From assembly GCA_050258555.1 (NCBI GenBank), contig JBLMZA010000159.1, forward strand, positions 1,906-65,905: a DNA stretch of 64,000 bases. Direction: 5' to 3'. Shown here in pieces: positions 19,005 through 29,030 of this stretch (within the stretch, counting starts at the first letter, position 1; each line of letters opens with the position of its first letter). The notes under the pieces are model-generated. The model was not told where the DNA came from, did not search any database, and was given only the letters and a program-made list of their open reading frames with translations. A program made the translations under genes and the position numbers. Source of the DNA: Acidobacteriota bacterium. GTDB taxonomy: Bacteria; Bacteroidota; Ignavibacteria; UBA10030; UBA8401.

Positions 19005-19697
19005 ATGAAAAAACTTGTCATCGGCATTGCAGGCGGAACCGGCTCGGGAAAAACGTCCGTCACCAACCGCATTCTCGAACGGCTGAACGCGCACGATAAT
19101 CATGAAAGCGTCGTCGTGATTCAGCACGATTCCTATTACAGGGACATCTCGCAGTACGGCGGACTGACGGGAGACAAGATCAATTTCGATCATCCCGACT
19201 CGCTCGAGACCGATCTTCTGGTCGAACACATCGGCGCGCTGCTGAAGGGGAAGACCGTGGAACAGCCTCTCTATAATTTCACGACGCATTCGCGCATGGC
19301 CGAGACGCGCCGCGTCGAGCCGAAGACCATCACGATCATCGAAGGGATCCTGATCTTCACGTCGAAAGCGCTGCGCGATCTGATGGACATCAAGATCTTC
19401 ATCGACACCGACGCCGACGAGCGGCTTCTGCGCAGGCTGAAGCGTGATCTGATCGAGCGCGGCCGGTCGATCGAATCGGTGATGAATCAGTACGTGAACA
19501 CCGTCAAGCCGATGCATCTGGAGTTCGTCGAGCCGAGCAAGACATTCGCCGATATCATCATTCCGCGCGGCAGCGAGAACGAGGTGGCGATCGACATGGT
19601 GGCCGTCAAGATCGAGCAGATGCTGCAGAGCAAGTCGAAGTCCGAGAAGGCCGAAATGTCCGTTCTCGGCGTCACGACGCCGCTGGCCGCGGAATAA
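19005..19697 (+). CDS. udk: Uridine kinase
   Basis: IAGGTGSGKT, QHDSYY, NFDHPD, IEGIL, FVEPSK. Confidence 0.95.
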   Translation: MKKLVIGIAGGTGSGKTSVTNRILERLNAHDNHESVVVIQHDSYYRDISQYGGLTGDKINFDHPDSLETDLLVEHIGALLKGKTVEQPLYNFTTHSRMAETRRVEPKTITIIEGILIFTSKALRDLMDIKIFIDTDADERLLRRLKRDLIERGRSIESVMNQYVNTVKPMHLEFVEPSKTFADIIIPRGSENEVAIDMVAVKIEQMLQSKSKSEKAEMSVLGVTTPLAAE

Positions 19698-19709
19698 ATA
19701 TTATTGTGT

Positions 19710-19738
19710 TTGTGATTTAATTGAAAAAGAGATATATT
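19710..19738 (+). promoter_or_regulatory. sigma70-type promoter
   Basis: TTGTGA-N17-TATATT in an AT-rich spacer before the M16 peptidase. Confidence 0.5.
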
Positions 19739-19769
19739 TTCCAGTCAAAAATATTGTATACAATTTCGC

Positions 19770-21065
19770 ATGCCAGAAGCCAAACACACGCTCGCGTCGC
19801 ACGAAGTCCTGTCCTCTTACGCAAAGACCGTTTTATCGAACGGCGTACGCGTGATCAGTGAAGAGCTCCCATTCGTCAAATCGGTTTCGATCGGCATCTG
19901 GATCGACACCGGCTCACGCAACGAGACCTCCGACAACAACGGCATTTCCCATTTCATCGAGCATATGGTCTTCAAGGGCACGGAGAGACGCTCCGTGCGG
20001 AAGATCGCCAACAGCCTCGAGTCGGTCGGCGGCTACATGAATGCGTTTACGGGCAAGGAGCATACGTGCTACTATGCCCGCGTGCTCGATGAATACGTGG
20101 AGAATGCCGTCGACGTCCTGACCGATCTCGTCCAGAACGCCACGTTCCCGGAGAAGGAAATCGAGAAGGAGCGTCTGGTCGTGCTGGAAGAAATCCGGAA
20201 TGTGGAAGACGATCCGGACGATCAGATCGAGGATTATTTTGAAGCGATGCTGTTCCCGCGCGATCCGCTCGGACTTCCCGTGCTGGGAACGCCCGAGACC
20301 GTCGCATCGTTTTCGCAGTCGCAGCTGTTCGCCTACCGCGACGAATTTTACAGCGGAGCGAACATCATCGTGGCCGCCGCGGGCAATGTGACGCATGCGC
20401 GACTGGTCGAGCTCGTCGGCAAATACCTTACCCTCAAAGCCGGTGCACCTCCCCGGCCGAAGTCGAAGAAATCGTTCCGTCCGCACCCTCAGCGCAAGGA
20501 ATACAAAAAGACGATTCAGCAGGCGCATCTCACCACCGGCACCGTGGCCTTCTCGGTGCACAGTCCTCACCGGTATCCGTCGATGGTGCTCAACACGCTG
20601 CTCGGCGACGGCATGAGCTCGAGGCTGTTCCAGAACATCCGGGAGAAGTACGGATTCGCCTACACGGTCTATTCGTTTCTCACGCTGATGGAGGAGACCG
20701 GGCTGTTCGGCATCTATGCGGCGACGGACCTGAAGCATGTGGAAAAGACGCTCGAGCTCGTGAACCGTGAACTCGCGCTGCTCATGAAGAAGCCGCTCAC
20801 GAAGACCGAGCTTCAGCGCTCGAAGGCGCAGCTGAAAGGCAACATTCTGCTCGGACTCGAAAGCACGTCGCACCGCATGATGCGTCTGGGCAGCGGAGAA
20901 CTGTACTTCAATGAATTCGTTTCGCTCGAGTCGATCGTGAAAAACATCGACGCCGTGAGCGCCGACGATGTGCTCGAGGCGGCGGGCCTCGTGTCGGATA
21001 CCGGAACGTTCACCACCGTGGTGTTCGCGCCCGAAGGAGGAACTTCCGCAAAAACCAAAGAATGA
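19770..21065 (+). CDS. M16 family (pitrilysin/MPP-like) zinc peptidase
   Basis: Inverted zincin HFIEHMVFKG, NAFTGKEHTCYY, SSRLFQNIREKYG. Confidence 0.93.
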   Translation: MPEAKHTLASHEVLSSYAKTVLSNGVRVISEELPFVKSVSIGIWIDTGSRNETSDNNGISHFIEHMVFKGTERRSVRKIANSLESVGGYMNAFTGKEHTCYYARVLDEYVENAVDVLTDLVQNATFPEKEIEKERLVVLEEIRNVEDDPDDQIEDYFEAMLFPRDPLGLPVLGTPETVASFSQSQLFAYRDEFYSGANIIVAAAGNVTHARLVELVGKYLTLKAGAPPRPKSKKSFRPHPQRKEYKKTIQQAHLTTGTVAFSVHSPHRYPSMVLNTLLGDGMSSRLFQNIREKYGFAYTVYSFLTLMEETGLFGIYAATDLKHVEKTLELVNRELALLMKKPLTKTELQRSKAQLKGNILLGLESTSHRMMRLGSGELYFNEFVSLESIVKNIDAVSADDVLEAAGLVSDTGTFTTVVFAPEGGTSAKTKE

Positions 21066-21168
21066 ACCTGTTACACCCTGAACAGAAAAAACGCAAGTGC
21101 ACGGCGAATGAGCGTGCGGCTGTATCCAGTTAATTCACTCATCCCATCACTATTCCCAGAGATACGTC

Positions 21169-22281
21169 ATGATTATCGGAATTCCAAAAGAAATCAAATC
21201 AAACGAAAACCGCGTCGGCATGGTGCCCGTGGGCGTTCAGACACTCCGTTCGTTCGGACATACGGTCCTTGTTGAAACCAAAGCCGGCATGGGCTCGGGC
21301 TTCGACGATGCCGCCTATGTGAAGGCGGGTGCGAAGATCGTGAAGACCGCAAAGGAAGTCTATGCCAAAGCGGACATGATCATCAAAGTGAAAGAGCCGG
21401 TGAAGCCGGAATATGCACTGATCCGCCGCGACCAGATCCTCTTCACATACTTCCATTTCGCCGCGTCGAAAGAGCTCACGCAGGCGATGATGAAGGCGCA
21501 GGCGGTGTGTATCGCCTATGAGACCGTCCAGAAGGCGGATCGCTCGCTGCCGCTGCTCATCCCGATGTCCGAAGTCGCCGGCCGCATGGCTCCCCAGGAA
21601 GGCGCAAAATACCTCGAGCATGCCATGGGCGGACGCGGCATCCTGCTCGGCGGCGTGCCGGGAACGGAACCCGCCAGCGTCGTCGTGCTCGGCGGCGGCA
21701 TCGTGGGCACGAACGCGGCGAAGATCGCGGCCGGTTTCGGCGCACAGGTGTCGATTCTCGACAACAACCTCTACCGTCTGCGCCAGCTGGACGACATCAT
21801 GCCGAAGAACGTCGTGACGATCGCATCGAATCCCTACAACGTGTACAAGGCGGTCACGAAGGCCGACCTCGTGATCGGCAGCGTGCTCATTCCGGGCGCG
21901 AAGGCTCCGAAGCTCGTGACGCGTGAAATGCTGAAGGACATGAAGCGCGGTGCGGTGCTCGTCGACGTCGCCGTCGACCAGGGCGGATGCTTCGAGACCA
22001 CGAAGGCCACCACGCACGACAACCCGACGTATGTGATCGACGGCGTCATCCACTACTGCGTGGCCAACATGCCGGGCGCGGTGCCGATGACCTCCACGAT
22101 CGCTCTCACGAACGCGACGCTGCCCTACGCGGTCGAAATCGCGAACAAGGGATGGGAGAAGGCGGTCCAGACGAGCGAGGAGCTGAAGCTCGGCCTCAAC
22201 ATGGTCGACGGCCTCATCACCTACAAAGGCGTGGCCGATGCATTCGGCTACAAGCACACGCCGGTCGAGACAGTGGTCTGA
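21169..22281 (+). CDS. ald: Alanine dehydrogenase
   Basis: IPKEIKSNENRV, KVKEP, FTYFHFA, MSEVAGR, GGGIVG, DVAVDQGGC, HYCVANMPG. Confidence 0.97.
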   Translation: MIIGIPKEIKSNENRVGMVPVGVQTLRSFGHTVLVETKAGMGSGFDDAAYVKAGAKIVKTAKEVYAKADMIIKVKEPVKPEYALIRRDQILFTYFHFAASKELTQAMMKAQAVCIAYETVQKADRSLPLLIPMSEVAGRMAPQEGAKYLEHAMGGRGILLGGVPGTEPASVVVLGGGIVGTNAAKIAAGFGAQVSILDNNLYRLRQLDDIMPKNVVTIASNPYNVYKAVTKADLVIGSVLIPGAKAPKLVTREMLKDMKRGAVLVDVAVDQGGCFETTKATTHDNPTYVIDGVIHYCVANMPGAVPMTSTIALTNATLPYAVEIANKGWEKAVQTSEELKLGLNMVDGLITYKGVADAFGYKHTPVETVV

Positions 22282-22321
22282 TGCCGGGTGCCGGAGGCTG
22301 AAGGCGGTCAGAACCATCATG

Positions 22322-22360
22322 AAGACTTTCCGGGCGGACAGCCCGGAAAGTCTTTTTTTT
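22322..22360 (+). terminator. Strong intrinsic terminator
   Basis: AAGACTTTCCGGGC-ggaca-GCCCGGAAAGTCTT plus T6. Confidence 0.9.
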
Positions 22361-22448
22361 ATCCGCACCTACTTTTATCACAACAATATTTTTTCTACAT
22401 TACGATGAACTGTACGTTATCATCTTCATATTATTAGCGATGTGATAC

Positions 22449-24107
22449 ATGCCGAACGTCACCCTTACCATCAACGGGAAACAGGTAGAAACCGACAGCA
22501 AACAGACGATCATACAGGCCGCTCGACAACAGGGAATTGCGATTCCGCATTTCTGCTGGCACGATAAATTGTCACCCGCCGGAAACTGCCGCATCTGTTT
22601 AGTGGAAGTTGAAAAAATGCCCAAGCTCGCCATCGCCTGCATGACGAATGTGGCCGAAGGCATGGTCGTGCAGACGGCCAGCGAGAAGGTCGTCAATGCG
22701 CGCAAGGCGGTGATGGAGTTCCTTCTGATCAACCATCCGCTGGATTGTCCCATCTGCGATGAAGCCGGCGAGTGCAAACTCCAGGACTATTCATACAAGT
22801 TCAGCCAGGGCTACAGCCGGTTCGCAGAGCAGAAGAACCACAAGGACAAGCGCGTCGAGATCGGTCCGCGCGTCATGTTCGACGCCGAGCGCTGCATCTC
22901 GTGCTCGCGCTGCATCCGGTTCTGCGACGAGGTCGCCGGCGTGCATCAGCTGCAGTTCGTCAACCGCGGCGACCGCACGACGATCGACACGTTCCCGGGC
23001 CAGACGCTCGACAACCCGTATTCCATGAACGTCGTCGATATCTGTCCGGTCGGCGCGCTCACCAACAAGGATTTCCGCTTCAAGGCGCGCGTGTGGGAAA
23101 TGTCGTTCACCGAAAGCGTCTGCAACGGATGCGCGCGCGGATGCAACATCGACATCGGCGTGCGCAACAACGAGATTCTGCGCCTCACGCCCCGGAAAAA
23201 CGATGCGGTCAACAGCAACTGGATGTGCGATCACGGCCGGCTCGATACATGGAAGCACATCAATGCCGACAACCGGATCACCGGTCCCATGGTCCGCAAG
23301 GACGGACAGCTCGTCGATGTGGGATGGGACGAGGCGCTTGCCAAGGTGGCCGGAGAGCTGAAGCTTTTCAGCAAGCATGAAATCGCGTTCATCGGATCGG
23401 CCTATGCCTCCAACGAGGACAATTACGTCTTCGCGCGCTTCGCCCGTGAAGTCATCGGCTCGAAGCACATCGACCGCATGCGCCATGTCGTGGAAGGGGA
23501 CGAGGATGCGATCCTGATCCGCGCCGACAAAACGCCGAACGATACCGGCGCGGCGCTCTGCGGCATCGTGCCGGGAGAAGGCGGACTCGATTTCAACGGC
23601 ATCCTGCAGGCCATTCGGGAGAAGAAGATCAAGGCCGTCTACGCGCTCGAGGACGATCTGGCAAAGGATCCGGAGATCGAAAAGGTCCTGAACAAGCTTG
23701 AATTCTTCGCCGTGCACGCCTCGAACGAGAACAAGAGCACGCGCATCGCCGATGTCGTGCTTCCCAGCTCGACGTACGCCGAGCGCAACGGTACCGTCAC
23801 GAATTTCCAGAAGCACGTCCAGCGCCTGCGGCCCGCTGTGGCCACGCTCGAGCGCGAACGCGCGGTCGACAATCTGGCCATGAGCCGGTGGGACCGGTTC
23901 TCGGCGCACAACGATACGTGGGGCAAGGGACCCAAGCGCGATTCGCGCGCCTCATGGCGCATCGTGGCGGCGATCGGCAACATCATGGGCGGGAAATTCA
24001 AATATGCGACGGCCGAGGAGGTCTTCAACGAGATCGCGCATACGGTCGAGGCCTTCAAGGGGCTGACGTATCTGAAGATCGGAACCAAGGGCGCGGCGCT
24101 TCGCTGA
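22449..24107 (+). CDS. nuoG: NADH-quinone oxidoreductase subunit G (short form)
   Basis: N1b (FCWH...GNCRIC), N5 (HPLDCPICDEAGEC), N4 (CISCSRC...CPVGAL) and N7-like (CNGCARGC...WMCDHG) cluster motifs. Confidence 0.88.
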   Translation: MPNVTLTINGKQVETDSKQTIIQAARQQGIAIPHFCWHDKLSPAGNCRICLVEVEKMPKLAIACMTNVAEGMVVQTASEKVVNARKAVMEFLLINHPLDCPICDEAGECKLQDYSYKFSQGYSRFAEQKNHKDKRVEIGPRVMFDAERCISCSRCIRFCDEVAGVHQLQFVNRGDRTTIDTFPGQTLDNPYSMNVVDICPVGALTNKDFRFKARVWEMSFTESVCNGCARGCNIDIGVRNNEILRLTPRKNDAVNSNWMCDHGRLDTWKHINADNRITGPMVRKDGQLVDVGWDEALAKVAGELKLFSKHEIAFIGSAYASNEDNYVFARFAREVIGSKHIDRMRHVVEGDEDAILIRADKTPNDTGAALCGIVPGEGGLDFNGILQAIREKKIKAVYALEDDLAKDPEIEKVLNKLEFFAVHASNENKSTRIADVVLPSSTYAERNGTVTNFQKHVQRLRPAVATLERERAVDNLAMSRWDRFSAHNDTWGKGPKRDSRASWRIVAAIGNIMGGKFKYATAEEVFNEIAHTVEAFKGLTYLKIGTKGAALR

Positions 24108-24163
24108 GATCGGCGTTTCCCGAACGACACAGTCAACACATTATCCTCATTCCTGAAACCGAT

Positions 24164-25204
24164 ATGAACGTAGAATTTTTCGTTGAAGCGCTCGTTAAAA
24201 TCGCGCTCGTCATGCTCATCAACCTGACGATCGTCGCCTATCTTGTGCTTGTGGAAAGAAAGGTCAGCGCATTCATCCAGATGCGCGTCGGTCCGAACCG
24301 CGTGGGTCCGTGGGGACTTCTGCAGCCGGTGGCCGATGTGGCAAAGCTGTTCTTCAAGGAGGACATCGTTCCGGCGGCGGCGAACAAGTTCGTGCATACG
24401 CTCGCCCCGCTCATTTCACTGACGGTCGCGATGTCGACATTCGCCGTGATTCCGTTCGGCAACACGCTCGCGCTGAACGGGCACGAATACAAGCTGATGA
24501 TCGGCGACGTCAATATCGGCATCCTGTACATTCTGGCGATGACCTCGCTCGGCGTCTACGGCATCACGCTCAGCGGCTGGTCTTCGAACAACAAGTATTC
24601 GCTGCTCGGCGGCCTGAGAGCGTCGGCACAGATGATCAGCTACGAGCTCTCGATGGGCCTGTCGGTGATCGGCGTCGTCATGATCGCCGGCTCGCTGCAG
24701 CTGGACCGCGTCGTGCTGAAGCAGGGGGAATACCTCTGGGGCATCATCCCTGCATGGAACATCGTGCTGCAGCCCATCGGCTTCATCACGTTTCTGGTCG
24801 CCTCGTTCGCCGAGACGAACCGCCTTCCGTTCGATCTTCCCGAAGCCGAACCGGAGCTCGTCGGCGGCTATCACACGGAATATTCGGGCATGAAGTTCGG
24901 ATTGTTCTTCCTGGCGGAGTATGCGAACATGATCACTGCATCGGCGGTCATCACGACGCTTTATCTGGGAGGATGGCAGTTCCCGTTCGTCGAACGCTTC
25001 GGATTGTCGCCGCTGGCGGTCACGCTGCTGCAGATGGGCGCGTTCGCCGTGAAAGTGGCCTTCATGCTCCTGTTCTTCATCGTCATCCGTTGGACGCTTC
25101 CGCGCTTCCGCTATGACCAGCTCATGAACATCGGCTGGAAAGTCATGATGCCGCTGGCGCTCCTGAATATTCTTGTCACGGGATTATTTCTGCTGTTCCG
25201 CTGA
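24164..25204 (+). CDS. nuoH: NADH-quinone oxidoreductase subunit H
   Basis: ERKVSAFIQMRVGPNRVGPWG, GGLRASAQMISYE, ETNRLPFDLPEAEPELVGGYHTEYSG, RFRYDQLM. Confidence 0.96.
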   Translation: MNVEFFVEALVKIALVMLINLTIVAYLVLVERKVSAFIQMRVGPNRVGPWGLLQPVADVAKLFFKEDIVPAAANKFVHTLAPLISLTVAMSTFAVIPFGNTLALNGHEYKLMIGDVNIGILYILAMTSLGVYGITLSGWSSNNKYSLLGGLRASAQMISYELSMGLSVIGVVMIAGSLQLDRVVLKQGEYLWGIIPAWNIVLQPIGFITFLVASFAETNRLPFDLPEAEPELVGGYHTEYSGMKFGLFFLAEYANMITASAVITTLYLGGWQFPFVERFGLSPLAVTLLQMGAFAVKVAFMLLFFIVIRWTLPRFRYDQLMNIGWKVMMPLALLNILVTGLFLLFR

Positions 25205-25249
25205 CGCGGCCGGCTTCGCCCATTGTCGAACTTTTGCAACGATAAACGC

Positions 25250-25759
25250 ATGGATAACTATTTAGAAAAAAGTGTACCGGTCAGGAAGAAGGATCTCACC
25301 ATCTGGCAGAAGATGTACATCCCGTCCATCCTGCAGGGACTGAAGATCACGATGACGCAATTCTTCAAGCCGAACGTCACCATCCAGTATCCCGAAGAGC
25401 GCGTCGTGCTGCCCGCTTCGTTCAGGGGCCGCCCGGTGCTGGTGCAGGAAAACGGCACGGAGCGGTGCGTCGCCTGCGGGCTCTGCGCCCGCGTGTGTCC
25501 CGCGCTGGCCATACAGGTGCAGGCCGCCGAAACGGAGCTCGGCAAGGAGCGCTATCCCGAAACGTTCGAGATCAACATGGTGCGCTGCATCTTCTGCGGA
25601 TTCTGTGAAGAGGTGTGTCCGGAAGAGGCGATCATCATGAGCAGGGAATACGAGCTCGTCTTCACGAGCCAGAAGGAGGCGCTCTTCGGAAAGGACAAGC
25701 TCCTGAAGCCGATCGAGGAAGTGCAGACGCGCCTTGACTTCCTGCGCGCCCACCGGTAA
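25250..25759 (+). CDS. nuoI: NADH-quinone oxidoreductase subunit I
   Basis: TIQYPEE; CVACGLCARVCP and CIFCGFCEEVCP 2x[4Fe-4S] motifs. Confidence 0.95.
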   Translation: MDNYLEKSVPVRKKDLTIWQKMYIPSILQGLKITMTQFFKPNVTIQYPEERVVLPASFRGRPVLVQENGTERCVACGLCARVCPALAIQVQAAETELGKERYPETFEINMVRCIFCGFCEEVCPEEAIIMSREYELVFTSQKEALFGKDKLLKPIEEVQTRLDFLRAHR

Positions 25760-25772
25760 ATTACACGGGGGA

Positions 25773-25798
25773 GGGGCGAAGCAGCGCTTCGCCCCACA
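25773..25798. repeat. REP-like palindrome, copy 1
   Basis: GGGGCGAAGC-AGC-GCTTCGCCCC-ACA, identical to the copies at 58595 and 58647. Confidence 0.8.
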
Positions 25799-25837
25799 AG
25801 CATGCCGGCAACCGACCATCATCCCAGGGGAGGGATC

Positions 25838-27376
25838 ATGCTCACCGTCGTTCTCAGCGCCGCCACCTGCGGCATCAACGCCTGCCTCATCGAGATCGAA
25901 ACCAATATCGAGAACACGCTTCCGAACTTCATGATGGTGGGGCTCCCCGACAGCGCCGTGCGCGAATCGCGCGGACGCGTCGTCACCGCGATCACCAATT
26001 CCTCGTTCGTCTACCCCAATAAGCGCATCACGATCAATCTCGCTCCGGCCGACGTCAAGAAGGAAGGTTCGTCGTACGATCTTCCGCTGGCCGTCGGCAT
26101 GCTCGCTTCGAGCGGACAGATCGCATCGGAGCATCTGCGTGAGTTCGTGGTGCTCGGCGAGCTCGCGCTCGACGGCACGCTGCGCCCGGTGCACGGCGTG
26201 CTGCCCATTGCGATGGAAGTCAGAAACAGGAAGATCCGCGGCCTCGTACTTCCGAAAGACAATGCGCGCGAAGCGGCAATGGTCGAAGGGATCGACGTCT
26301 ACGGCGTCTCGTCGCTGCGCGAGGCGGTCCGCATCCTCAACGGCTGCAGCGACGCCGCTCCCGTGCGCATCGACTCGGGCGCCGTGTTCTCGGACGATCC
26401 TTCCTACGGCATCGATTTTTCGGATGTGAAGGGGCAGGAGAATGTGAAGCGCGCGCTCGAAGTGGCCGCCGCGGGCGGACACAACATCATCATGATCGGT
26501 CCGCCGGGTTCCGGCAAGACGATGCTGGCCAGACGCCTGCCGACGATTCTTCCGCCGCTCACGTTCGAGGAAAGCATCGAGACCACGAAGATCCATTCGG
26601 TGGCCGGGCTCATTCCCCCGGGAACGGCGCTGGTGGGAACGCGCCCGTTCCGCTCGCCGCATCACACGATTTCCGATTCGGCGCTGGTCGGAGGAGGCTC
26701 GGTGCCGCGTCCCGGAGAAATCTCGCTATCGCATCACGGCGTCCTCTTTCTCGATGAGCTGCCGGAATTCGCGCGCAATGTGCTGGAGGTGATGCGGCAG
26801 CCGCTCGAGGACGGGAAGGTCACGATCAGCCGCGCAAAGATGTCGGTGGAATTTCCCGCCGCCTTCATGCTCGTCTGCGCGATGAATCCGTGCCCCTGCG
26901 GCAACAACGGCAATCCGAATCATGAATGCACATGCTCGCCCGTGCAGATTCAGCATTACATGTCGAAGATTTCCGGGCCGCTCATGGACCGGATCGACAT
27001 ACACATCGAAGTGCCCGCGGTGAAGGTCGAGGAACTGGCGCGCCGGCAGCCGGGGGAACGCTCGAGCGAGATACGAAAACGCGTGGTGCGTGCCCGCGCG
27101 CTGCAGACAGAGCGGTTCCGGGGAAGGAACGCCCTCTTTTCGAATGCCGGCATGCAGACGAAGGAAATCCGCGAATACTGCCGGCTCGATGCGATGGGGG
27201 AGGAAATTCTGAAGACGGCGATGACGCGCCTCGGCTTCACGGCGCGCGCCTATGACCGCATCCTGAAAGTGGCGCGAACGATCGCCGATCTCGACGATCA
27301 AGAGACGATCGGCATCGAGCATGTGAGCGAAGCCATCCAGTACCGGTCGCTCGACAGAAATCTTTGGATGCAATAG
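25838..27376 (+). CDS. comM: YifB/ComM family Mg-chelatase-like AAA+ ATPase
   Basis: Lon-like N-domain (VGLPDSAVRES, INLAPAD), GPPGSGKT, FRSPHHT, LFLDELPEF, AMNPCPCG, RAYDRILKVARTIADL. Confidence 0.92.
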   Translation: MLTVVLSAATCGINACLIEIETNIENTLPNFMMVGLPDSAVRESRGRVVTAITNSSFVYPNKRITINLAPADVKKEGSSYDLPLAVGMLASSGQIASEHLREFVVLGELALDGTLRPVHGVLPIAMEVRNRKIRGLVLPKDNAREAAMVEGIDVYGVSSLREAVRILNGCSDAAPVRIDSGAVFSDDPSYGIDFSDVKGQENVKRALEVAAAGGHNIIMIGPPGSGKTMLARRLPTILPPLTFEESIETTKIHSVAGLIPPGTALVGTRPFRSPHHTISDSALVGGGSVPRPGEISLSHHGVLFLDELPEFARNVLEVMRQPLEDGKVTISRAKMSVEFPAAFMLVCAMNPCPCGNNGNPNHECTCSPVQIQHYMSKISGPLMDRIDIHIEVPAVKVEELARRQPGERSSEIRKRVVRARALQTERFRGRNALFSNAGMQTKEIREYCRLDAMGEEILKTAMTRLGFTARAYDRILKVARTIADLDDQETIGIEHVSEAIQYRSLDRNLWMQ

Positions 27377-27399
27377 GGGCGCAGGGCGCCGTTTCGCTC

Positions 27400-27428
27400 T
27401 TGCATTCCAAGGCGATTCTTGTTACTTT
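27400..27428 (+). promoter_or_regulatory. sigma70-type promoter of the TonB-receptor locus
   Basis: TTGCAT-N17-TACTTT with an extended-10 TG. Confidence 0.55.
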
Positions 27429-27496
27429 CCAATGATCATTCAACGCTGACCTTGGTTTATTTTCCATTCTCCATTTTTTTGGAAAGGATATCAATA

Positions 27497-28900
27497 ATGA
27501 AACGTTTGGCTACCCTTGTTCTGATGCTGTGCGCGGCTGCGACTCTTCAGGCGCAGGAAGCATGGAACTACACAAAAGACATCCTTTTTCCGCCCGCCGA
27601 TTCCTCCTGGGCGCGTCCGTATCTGATGACGGTCGATGCCTCGGGCAATCTCTGGGTCATCACGACGAGCTCATCCGATACCTCGACGCATAACGCGGTC
27701 TTCAAAGCCGCTCCCGGCGCGTCGGTCTTCACGAAGGTGTACGACTTCACGGCGAACAACGAGCCTGAATCGAAGATGGGACTCATCGGCCTCACGTCGA
27801 TCGGCACCGATATCGTCATTTCGTCGCGCATCGACAACATGCTCGGCAACTTCTATTACCTGCCGCAGGGCGATGCGGCCAACAAGAAGGTCTTCAAGAG
27901 CGGCGGATACGGCACGCATATGTACGGCATCGCCGCCACGCGCGACTCGTTCATTTACTCCGGCATTTCGGCCTGGGGCGTCTCGATCCGCGTCTTCAAT
28001 TATTCGAAGGGCGATGCCGCATCTTCGGCATACAGCCAGTGGGTGGCCTTCTCGACCACCGACGGATCGACCGCACCGAAGGAGCCGGGCGGACCGACGT
28101 TGGACGGTTCGGCACTGATCCGCGATCTCGCGCTCAATCCGAAGGCGAACTACGACGATCCGAAGCAGTATTTCTTCTCGACCCGCAACTCCGAAAAGGG
28201 CATGACCAATGGCGGCATCGCCGTGTGGAAAGGCGGCACGCAGCGCAAGAGTCCCATCAATCCCGAGAAATACGTCGCAAAGCGCGTGAACGATTTCTTC
28301 GGCGATCTGTCGTGGGGAACGAACGCTCCCTACGGCATCACGAGCGATTCGCTCGGACGCCTCTGGGCATGCGGCACCGATTCGGCCAAGCGCTGGGTCC
28401 GCGTGTATGACGTCGACACCAGTGGCACGACGGCGTTCGCCACGATGAGCTTCGAGCTGCCGAGCAAGAACAGCGCCAATGCCGATGCGAAGGGCGCCAA
28501 CATGCTGGCTCCGGCCGATGTGGCGTTGAACAAGCAGACGGCCTACGTGTCCGATCTTCTCGCCAAGCGCGTCTTCGTGTTCCAGAAGCAGGGATCGACC
28601 GCCGTCACGATGCCGCAGGCGAACATGCCGCGGCAGTACGAACTGGGACAGAATTACCCGAATCCGTTCAACCCGGCCACGGTCATCACCTATGCGCTTC
28701 CGAAGTCCGGCATGGTGTCGCTGCAGGTCTTCAACCTGATCGGTCAGAAAGTCGCGACGCTGGTCGACGGCTATCAGAATGCAGGACGCCACTCGGTGAC
28801 GTTCAATGCTGCATCCCGCAATCTTCCCTCGGGCATGTACTTCTACCGCCTCAGCACGGACGGCATCTCGTTCACCAAAAAGATGCTGTTGAGCAAATAA
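27497..28900 (+). CDS. Secreted protein with T9SS type-A-like C-terminal sorting domain; beta-propeller-like body
   Basis: Signal peptide; C-terminal YELGQNYPNPFNPATVITY...VFNLIGQKV...LPSGMYFYRL...TKKMLLSK. Confidence 0.82.
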   Translation: MKRLATLVLMLCAAATLQAQEAWNYTKDILFPPADSSWARPYLMTVDASGNLWVITTSSSDTSTHNAVFKAAPGASVFTKVYDFTANNEPESKMGLIGLTSIGTDIVISSRIDNMLGNFYYLPQGDAANKKVFKSGGYGTHMYGIAATRDSFIYSGISAWGVSIRVFNYSKGDAASSAYSQWVAFSTTDGSTAPKEPGGPTLDGSALIRDLALNPKANYDDPKQYFFSTRNSEKGMTNGGIAVWKGGTQRKSPINPEKYVAKRVNDFFGDLSWGTNAPYGITSDSLGRLWACGTDSAKRWVRVYDVDTSGTTAFATMSFELPSKNSANADAKGANMLAPADVALNKQTAYVSDLLAKRVFVFQKQGSTAVTMPQANMPRQYELGQNYPNPFNPATVITYALPKSGMVSLQVFNLIGQKVATLVDGYQNAGRHSVTFNAASRNLPSGMYFYRLSTDGISFTKKMLLSK

Positions 28901-28952
28901 CAGTCGCCCTCCGCACGACACTACGGTACGGCTTCAATGGTGTGCATGCGCC

Positions 28953-28982
28953 CGCGCCCTGGACCCCAAGGTCCCGGGCGCG
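28953..28982 (+). other. Intergenic GC-rich hairpin without U-tract
   Basis: CGCGCCCTGGACC-CCAA-GGTCCCGGGCGCG, 12 of 13 pairs. Confidence 0.55.
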
Positions 28983-29030
28983 AGTGCGATGTGTGGCATT
29001 CAGAGCATTTTTATGACAACAGGATGTAGG

